Shown: positions 38,925-46,275 of the stretch, one piece after another
Layout: the number at the start of each line of letters is the position of its first letter
Position numbering within the stretch: the first letter of the stretch is position 1
Assembly: GCA_900128585.1 (NCBI GenBank)
Contig: LT642161.1
Location: 1 to 52,008, forward strand
DNA: 52,008 nt
Reading direction: 5' to 3'
Source: Stramenopiles sp. TOSAG23-3
Lineage: Eukaryota
Made by a program: the position numbers and the translations under genes
The notes under the pieces: generated by a model
The model's database searches: none
The model's input: the letters and a program-made list of their open reading frames with translations, nothing else
What the model was told of the DNA's origin: nothing

Positions 38925-41900
38925 CTATTCGTCACAACACGACAAATCACAGCAATCACACATGCAAAATAAATCATTACCCTTATCACCCAGAAGTAGT
39001 AATTCTAATTCAAAACCATCGTTTACTTCCACTGTTGCTGCCACTGCTGCAGAGTTTATTGTCAAACAGGTCTCTGCTCTGGCAGAACGGTACAACGATG
39101 ATACCAAGGTCACCAATGCCTTTAGAATCATTACGGTTGTAAATGCAAATGAGACCCATCCATGCCAAGGAACTTCACTATCCATAATTTCTCCTACTTT
39201 AACGGCAAAGGACGGTCCATCTTCCAAACACAAGTCAAATGCAAGTTGAAGAAAATTATTGTCAATTATCAGCCATGACAAATACGGTTTCATATACGCG
39301 GGTAAACGTTGGTTACGAGTGTAAAACCAAAACCATGAACATTCAGAGCCATACGTACATTCAATACATGGAAAGAAATGCGTTCTCTCCCAAATACTTC
39401 CTCTATACACTTCTTGCGCTATACAAACAATAATTATTCGCAATATGATCAAAGTTATAGTAGCTACGAACGCATACATACGCAAGTGATCGTACCATTT
39501 TGCAAATGGAGACTTTACCACTCTGAACATGGTGAACGACCTTCTCTCCACAAAGCCAAATCCACTCGATGAAATATTACAATCAACAACCGGTCGAAAG
39601 GCACAGGTTGAGTTCTGATTGTAGACGTTGAAAGTTGGATCGAACGCTTCAAAATCAAAATCCTTATAGCCTTTACAGCCGGCACTGAAATGAATACACT
39701 GCTTTCGAGAATAAGACAACCAATCGTACAAGTCTGTCAAGGTATCCAAACAAGCAAACAAAGAGAACAGTAAGACAAACAAACCTTGGTTTCGAACCAT
39801 GAAAGAATCCAGAATATTGGCTTGCTTACCGTTCAATGCGGCGTTCACGCCGTATTCATCATACAACGGACTATAACGTTTATCGTTACCTATGTTTTGC
39901 AACCGTTTGGTATGACCTGCTGGTAAATTTATACGTTCTTTACTTCGTTCAAAATGCTGTGGAGCACATACCCACCGTTTATGATATAAATAGTCTTTTG
40001 GGTTTGGTTTGATTTTAACCTCTGTTACTAGTGGAACAACAATCGTCATGGAATTTTGTGAATGATCCATCGGAACGCTTACGTCCAGGGCATCAGATAT
40101 ATCACGCTTCAAACCAAAACTAGCATTTAGTTCACATTCGCTTGACCAAATACCATGGAGCTTCGATTGTGCGGTTGTGTCATTACTATTTTCTACCTTT
40201 GCAGACTTCTCACCATTCCTAACCTTTTCTAGCACGTGAACCACCTCTGAGCTTTTAATTGGGCAATGTATACGGGCAATGCCTATGGCTGATTGATTTA
40301 GACCGTTTCGTTTATTCACTCTAATTTTAGGGTGCGCCAACAACATTTTTACTATTTCAACGTCTCCGTTTTCGACAGCTATGTGCAACGGGTTCGTCTC
40401 TCCTTCTCCTTCTCTACTCCTATTCACTTCAATTTTAGGGTGCGCCAACAACATTTTTACTATTTCAACGTCTCCATTTTCGACAGCTGTATGCAAAGGG
40501 TAACTGTAATTAATTTTTTCTCCAAATTCTTCCAAGATTCTGTCGAAAATGGAGACGTTGGATTTTTTATTCACTTCAATTTTAGGGTGCGCCAACAACA
40601 ATTTTACTATTTCACTGTCTCCATCTTCGACAGCTGTGTGCAAAGGGTTCGCTTTATTCACGTCAATCCCTGGGTGTACCAACAACTGCTTCACAGCCTG
40701 GATGTTTCCATCTTTGCACGCGGTGAACAAAACAGTCTTCATTATGCAAGATGAATTATTAACGTCAAACTGCGGGTCTTTAAGAAGTTCTATAATTTTC
40801 AATAATTCTTTTTGATGTCTTCCGGTTTTTTTCTCCCGTCGAGTCTGAATTTTCAATCGTTGAGCCTGAATGTTTTTCCTCACTAATAAAGTATTATAAT
40901 GCTCTACCTTCGCATTGCCCAAAAATAACTTGCCATGAACCGATGTTATTATACCATTTAGCTCTGGCGCATGTTTCATTGTCAAAGGAAACTCTATCGC
41001 GTAGTTCCAGAGCTTTTCACAGTCAATGCCAATCATGCAAAGCTTCCACTTCTTCGGAGTAATTCGCAGTCCGATCCGATGCCCTCTAATAGAAGGAGGC
41101 GTTCTCATTCGAAAAATCAATTGTAGTGCATCGTGTTCCAAACATTGTGCAGTAGATAGCAGCACAAACTGATCTCCGTCTAACCAAAATGCTTTGTCTT
41201 GTACTAGCACAATCAGCCTTGTACCATCGTCCATGCAATCAATTTTATGTTCAAGCACGCTTTTCGCTTCTTCTCGATTCACCTGTTTTATGTGATTCAT
41301 CACTGTGTCCATACAGACTCCTTGGTTCAAGGGGTTGAATGTTGCTTCGCCTCGTACCATTTCAAGTTGCACAGGTTCGACATGTGTATCTGTAGGAGTT
41401 TGGTCCTCTTTGTTGGCTTTTCTGTTTCGTTGCTTGCAGATACAATAATATACATTTATTAGTATTGCCAAAGGAAACAGACTTAGCGCAAGCATGAAGA
41501 GACCATGCGTTTCTACTTTCGCTTTAGCATCTTTTTCTACCCTGAACAAAGGGCACTGACTCAAATCCTTGTAGGTTCCTTTTGCACAATCTGTGTCACA
41601 TATTCCTTTGAATAAAGAACTGTCAATCGGACTGTTACAATCCAGCAAAGTCAGCCTACATACAAAACAAATGCATGCTCCAATGTGACTTTCCGAAAAA
41701 CCACAATCCCACGAGAAAAAAGGTTTGAACGAAGCTGCGCCGTAAAACATTCCATCCATACTCGTGACTTTCGACGTGTCAAAGTTTAAAGGTTGGTTGA
41801 ACGAAGTTGCGTCGTAAAACATATAATTCATACTCGTGACTTTCGACGTGTCAAAGTTTAAAGTTTGGTTGAACGAAGTTGCGCCTTCAAACATCCTCTC

Positions 41901-42203
41901 CATACTCGTCACTTTCGAAGTATCCCAGTTCGAAATATGTACCCCATCTTTTGTACAAGTTGCGCCAGTGGAATCTATTGACAGACAGGCATCCACCGCA
42001 GCTTTTAGTTGCGTCCGGTACGCCGGTTGAAACCCTGACACACAAGAAAGAAAAAACAAAAGGAGCTTCAAACTCGTTTTGGGGACACGCACAGGACAGC
42101 TGTTTTGTCCGCTTGAAATTTGGTATGGTCTCAATCCAGTTAGCAGAAGATGCCCAAGCAGAAGACGCCCAAGCACAAGACACTGTACACGAAGCCCCCA
42201 CAT
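38925..42203 (-). CDS. BspA/DUF285-repeat ectodomain + TM + ankyrin repeats + multipass C-terminal membrane domain
   Basis: LKAAVDAC...HISNWDTSKVTSMERMFEGATSFNQ repeats (DUF285); TM GLFMLALSLFPLAILINVYYCIC; 4 ankyrin repeats, three near-identical (PLHTAVE.GD.EIVK.LLAHPKIEVN); about 4 C-terminal TM segments. Start is uncertain (ATG 42203 or TTG 42071). Confidence 0.8.
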   Translation of the reverse strand: MWGLRVQCLVLGRLLLGHLLLTGLRPYQISSGQNSCPVRVPKTSLKLLLFFLSCVSGFQPAYRTQLKAAVDACLSIDSTGATCTKDGVHISNWDTSKVTSMERMFEGATSFNQTLNFDTSKVTSMNYMFYDATSFNQPLNFDTSKVTSMDGMFYGAASFKPFFSWDCGFSESHIGACICFVCRLTLLDCNSPIDSSLFKGICDTDCAKGTYKDLSQCPLFRVEKDAKAKVETHGLFMLALSLFPLAILINVYYCICKQRNRKANKEDQTPTDTHVEPVQLEMVRGEATFNPLNQGVCMDTVMNHIKQVNREEAKSVLEHKIDCMDDGTRLIVLVQDKAFWLDGDQFVLLSTAQCLEHDALQLIFRMRTPPSIRGHRIGLRITPKKWKLCMIGIDCEKLWNYAIEFPLTMKHAPELNGIITSVHGKLFLGNAKVEHYNTLLVRKNIQAQRLKIQTRREKKTGRHQKELLKIIELLKDPQFDVNNSSCIMKTVLFTACKDGNIQAVKQLLVHPGIDVNKANPLHTAVEDGDSEIVKLLLAHPKIEVNKKSNVSIFDRILEEFGEKINYSYPLHTAVENGDVEIVKMLLAHPKIEVNRSREGEGETNPLHIAVENGDVEIVKMLLAHPKIRVNKRNGLNQSAIGIARIHCPIKSSEVVHVLEKVRNGEKSAKVENSNDTTAQSKLHGIWSSECELNASFGLKRDISDALDVSVPMDHSQNSMTIVVPLVTEVKIKPNPKDYLYHKRWVCAPQHFERSKERINLPAGHTKRLQNIGNDKRYSPLYDEYGVNAALNGKQANILDSFMVRNQGLFVLLFSLFACLDTLTDLYDWLSYSRKQCIHFSAGCKGYKDFDFEAFDPTFNVYNQNSTCAFRPVVDCNISSSGFGFVERRSFTMFRVVKSPFAKWYDHLRMYAFVATITLIILRIIIVCIAQEVYRGSIWERTHFFPCIECTYGSECSWFWFYTRNQRLPAYMKPYLSWLIIDNNFLQLAFDLCLEDGPSFAVKVGEIMDSEVPWHGWVSFAFTTVMILKALVTLVSSLYRSARAETCLTINSAAVAATVEVNDGFELELLLLGDKGNDLFCMCDCCDLSCCDE

Positions 42204-43068
42204 ACACTTGAGCTCTTTTGAACAAATGAACAAAGTGTGCTTACAGCGCTCCAACCTAGACAATTTGATGTGTATGAATTTGATGTGTATGTATTTCCAT
42301 TTCGATTTGCTATAGAGCAATCCCCATGCAAGTTGACGATCATTTAACAGATTGGAACATTCTTCAATTTAATATAATAATAATACCCAATCAATACAGT
42401 GATGATGAAACTAGTATAGTAATTAAAATAACAAAACAAAACTGGGTTTTGACTGATGCTATCTCAATATTATTTTATATTAATAAATCTATCAGATTGG
42501 TGCTACTTCTTCTATTTATAATTAGTCCTCATACTACACAGGGACTGCTCAGCAGCAATTTAATAAATAACCCCCCCCACACAGTTGAGATTTTAAACCT
42601 TCCGCACAGCCTTCCTCTTTCTTTCGTAAAAAACATTGCAAGTACAATGTTATTGTATTGTTCCAATTTTATATAGGTAGATTATTACAGCAGTATAATA
42701 TCAAAGCCTCGGTATAATTTTAGATATAGAATTGTTTTTTGAGAGTCTTACGTATTACTCACCCATTCTCATCAGCAAAATTTATTAGACGACTACCCTA
42801 CGAGTAGTCTACGTAGTCGTCTCTTGTGTTTTTGTTAGAATCGTGCGTTGTCATTCTTCTTCTTCTTTTTAGTGTCTACGAGTAGTCGTATTCGTCCTCT
42901 TCCGGAGTATTTCTATTTTTCAATTTTATTACTATAAATTATTATTTTCTAATTTATATATTATTAGGATTTCTTTGCTATCTCTATAGTACATACTTAG
43001 GATTATGTTGGGATTTACAAAACGGCGACTTCGACGCGACCAGAATATTAGATAATGAGGTTCACAAG

Positions 43069-43569
43069 ATGGAGATTTTAAAGGACCAGCACCGCACCAT
43101 AATATTGAAAAACTATCACCCGTTTAAAGAGTTAGGATCATTCACGACCACTTTTATATCCCGGAAACACGGTTGGAACCAGGACTTCTCCATGTACATC
43201 GCACAGCGTCTAGCAAGCACATCAATCCGACCATCAAAACAGATGAATTTTATTCCATTTGAAAATGTTGAAAATACCTCCGGATCATTAATATCACGTC
43301 TTCAACACATGTCACGGTTGTCACGGGAAGAACAGAACGCGCAGATTTTTTATTTGTCTATCTTGAGCGAAGTGTTTCGTCTCATAGACTTTTTAGATTC
43401 TCGTATAGGTATCAAATCAAGCGTTTTACAATCGTTCATCGAGGAAATTAACGACACACTTGAAAAGGCGCAAAAAATTTGGGATTCGAAGAACCGTACA
43501 CCTTCGATTTGCAAGAGAATCATGGACAAGTTGTCTCCAAGAAAAAGGAAGCGCGATGACTCATGGTAA
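43069..43569 (+). CDS. Orphan hypothetical protein with a C-terminal NLS-like SPRKRKR
   Basis: 166-aa ATG-started ORF in an AT-rich context, convergent with the next ORF 13 bp away. Confidence 0.6.
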   Translation: MEILKDQHRTIILKNYHPFKELGSFTTTFISRKHGWNQDFSMYIAQRLASTSIRPSKQMNFIPFENVENTSGSLISRLQHMSRLSREEQNAQIFYLSILSEVFRLIDFLDSRIGIKSSVLQSFIEEINDTLEKAQKIWDSKNRTPSICKRIMDKLSPRKRKRDDSW

Positions 43570-43582
43570 ATAAATTAAACTA

Positions 43583-43993
43583 TTAATTGAATATGTATGG
43601 TTTATCTTCTACTAACGGCACACTCTTGATTTTATCTAGCTTCGTAACCAAAGCTAATAATTTTGTGGACAATTTCATATAGAGGGAAATGTCTTTGTTA
43701 TTCATTAATTTCTGCATGAGTTCGCTTTGTAGTTTTCGAATATTGTTTGCCTCTGTCTTCAAAACATGTGCCAACAGCAGTTGATGCTCGGTGAAGTGCG
43801 TTTCGATATCATCTACCGATACATATGGGCAGTGCATGTCTTGATTTTGCAATGCCGATCTACGTCGCTCAAGTGCTTCGTAGAGAATGTGGTAGACTTC
43901 CTTCTCGTCACAATTTTTAATAATTTGAACGTAGGTGGTATTGATAAACTTATTGACTTCAGGGCAGCGGTATTTACACAAAACGCATTGCAT
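43583..43993 (-). CDS. Orphan hypothetical protein with a CxxC...HxxxH putative zinc site and helical C-terminus
   Basis: MQCVLCKY...DIETHFTEH...; ATG is preceded by ttaaaaa; 136 aa. Confidence 0.65.
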   Translation of the reverse strand: MQCVLCKYRCPEVNKFINTTYVQIIKNCDEKEVYHILYEALERRRSALQNQDMHCPYVSVDDIETHFTEHQLLLAHVLKTEANNIRKLQSELMQKLMNNKDISLYMKLSTKLLALVTKLDKIKSVPLVEDKPYIFN

Positions 43994-44009
43994 TTTTTAA
44001 AGAGCAATG

Positions 44010-44118
44010 ATTTATTAAATACTCCGAAAATCAGTTTAGATAGGACTTAATAGAACTAGTATACCATTAAGCATATTCAAGTACGTGTTACAATGCAACA
44101 AAAGTAGACTTTTGTAAC
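44010..44118 (+). repeat. ~110-bp direct repeat B2 (partner 38612..38721)
   Basis: See B1; it lies 17 bp upstream of the minus-strand ATG at 43993. Confidence 0.9.
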
Positions 44119-44427
44119 TCAATCCTATATCGATGTAAAGACCCTCCTTGATATGCACCTTACCCTCTCTGACCTGTACAATGACTTTTAATGGTATTAC
44201 ATGTATGAGTTAGCATATAAATAACATTATTTCCCTCAAAAACTGAGAATTGATTTCCTGACTGCTGCGAGCCTAGATGATTATCAGGTTTTCGTCATAA
44301 TAGCAGAGTATTAAAATCCGAATCAAGAAAATCCGCAAATAGGATAGGAACGAATAAAGGCAAAGAAAACCAATACATAAACTATCAGTTCCTTTCTTCA
44401 TCAAAGCATCTTCTGCAATTTGATGCG

Positions 44428-45474
44428 TTAAGCCAACAACAAACTGAAGAGCACAGCCAACAAGATGGTCGATGTTGTAACAGCTGATGACATTAGAGAA
44501 GAGCTTGTTGAAATCAAATGCCCCTTTGTCCAGGTCGCACCGCTGTCGCTGGAGGTCCACAAGCCGCTGTTTTCCGCCGCCGCCAGCTTCGTCCCGTCCG
44601 CCGAGGAGGTGATATCCCTCCAATATTTCGGTGCACCAACGGAGCTAACTTCCGTCCAGTTCGCGCCGCTGTTGCTGGAGGTCCATATGTTGCCACCATT
44701 CACTCCAACGACCGCCGCCAGCTTCGTCCCGTCTGTCGAGGAGGTGATACCCTTCCAACTGTTCGAGCCATCGCCGACGGTAACTTCCGTCCAGGTCGTA
44801 CCGCTATTGCTAGAGGTCCAAATATTGCCACTCGCGACAGCCGCTGCCAGCTTCGTTCCGTCTGCCGAGGAGGTAATACCCTGCCACATGTTATAGCCAT
44901 CGCCGACGGTTACTTCCGTCCAGGTCGTACCGCTGTTGCTGGAGGTCCATATGTTGCCACGCGCGACAGCCGCTGCCAGCTTCGTTCCGTCTGCCGAGGA
45001 GGTGATAATAGACCAATTGTTCGTGCCATCAACAGTAACTTCCGCCCAGTACAAACCACTGGAGCTGGAAGTCCAGATGTTGCGACTAATCGCCGCCAGC
45101 TTCGTCCCGTCTGCCGAGGAGGTGATAGCTTTCCAAGTTTTCGTCGCACCAGCAACATTTTCCATCCAGGTCGCACCGCCGTCGCTAGAGGTCCATATCT
45201 TGCCATTTGTCGGTACCGCTGCCAGCTTCGTCCCATCTGCCGAGGAGGTAATAGCCCACCAATTTTTTGCTGGACCAGTGGACGTAACTTTCGTCCAGGT
45301 CGCACCGCTGTCGCTAGAGGTCCATATGTTGCCATCATCTGGACCCTGAGTCGCCGCCAACTTCGTCCCATCTGCCGAAGAGGTGATAGCCCGCCAACCT
45401 TTCGTCGCACCAGCACTGTGCGTGCTTGACAACGCGACCAAGCAAACAGAAAATATAGTGAGTAGCACACGCAT
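44428..45474 (-). CDS. Cell-surface 7-repeat BNR/Asp-box beta-propeller with probable GPI signal
   Basis: Signal peptide; seven repeats W..ITSSADGTKLAA....G.IWTSSDSGATW (Asp-box SxDxGxTW); Ser/Thr spacer and hydrophobic end ILLAVLFSLLLA. Confidence 0.88.
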   Translation of the reverse strand: MRVLLTIFSVCLVALSSTHSAGATKGWRAITSSADGTKLAATQGPDDGNIWTSSDSGATWTKVTSTGPAKNWWAITSSADGTKLAAVPTNGKIWTSSDGGATWMENVAGATKTWKAITSSADGTKLAAISRNIWTSSSSGLYWAEVTVDGTNNWSIITSSADGTKLAAAVARGNIWTSSNSGTTWTEVTVGDGYNMWQGITSSADGTKLAAAVASGNIWTSSNSGTTWTEVTVGDGSNSWKGITSSTDGTKLAAVVGVNGGNIWTSSNSGANWTEVSSVGAPKYWRDITSSADGTKLAAAENSGLWTSSDSGATWTKGHLISTSSSLMSSAVTTSTILLAVLFSLLLA

Positions 45475-46275
45475 AGTTGATAAAGAGTTTTAAATATTGT
45501 GTTAGAAAGATTAAGAGTTTTTCTTTCTTATGTGTTTGGTCAGTAAGAGAAAGCCACGTCACGACATTTAATTTCAGTTTCATTGAACACGAAATGCTGA
45601 GGCAACACTTGATGTCTTAATAAAAAGAGAAGAAAATACTACAACTACTCACCCCTCAACTAAATATATGGCTACCACCCAATTTTGTTTTTGAGAGGCT
45701 CTATCAATTATCAATTTTATTATAGATAAAGACAGTATCGAAAAACAGTACGTTGGAAGTAGAAATCTACAGATTTTTAAATCTCCTAAAATCACATTGA
45801 ACAGGTTCAATAATATCGAAATAACATTGAAAATCAGTAAATAATATTAATATATGGAAATAGCATTACAATGCTGTCCGGTAATCAATTTGAGATAGGC
45901 CGGTACCGGTAGGTATTAATACCAACCACCAAAACCAGGGCGATGCGATGATGACGGGAAGAAGAAAAAGAGGAGAAGAGAAGAAGAAGAGATTGGTGGC
46001 GCAGCAGGTGTGTCAGAGTCTAACCCTCGTTTTCTAGTAGGAAGGAGCCTCGACACTCCTCGACGACGACAACGAACGAACACGACGGAAATTATTCCGG
46101 GAAAGATGATGTACCTATATATAATTTAGTTTCTTTCTTTTACAGTTTGTAAACATAGGGATACATATTTACCACAACAAAAGGAAATTGTTGAAGCATA
46201 AGGAAATATTTATGTCCGTAGGTTGTGAAGAATTCACAGTTGATTATCGTGATACTTTGTGTTGATAAGTTCAAA

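Noticed and set aside
40330..40720. Near-identical ankyrin DNA repeats as a diversity-generating retroelement TR/VR pair
   Set aside because: The copies are in-frame protein repeats, the differences are not adenine-specific, and no reverse transcriptase is encoded in the window.
42326..42676. 116-aa plus-strand ORF upstream of the BspA gene
   Set aside because: Ile/Asn/Leu-rich translation of AT-rich spacer with no coding-like composition or motif.
44518..45429. 303-aa Arg-rich repetitive ORF antisense to the BNR propeller
   Set aside because: A by-product of stop-free tandem repeats; the minus-strand frame has the signal peptide, Asp-boxes and GPI-like tail.
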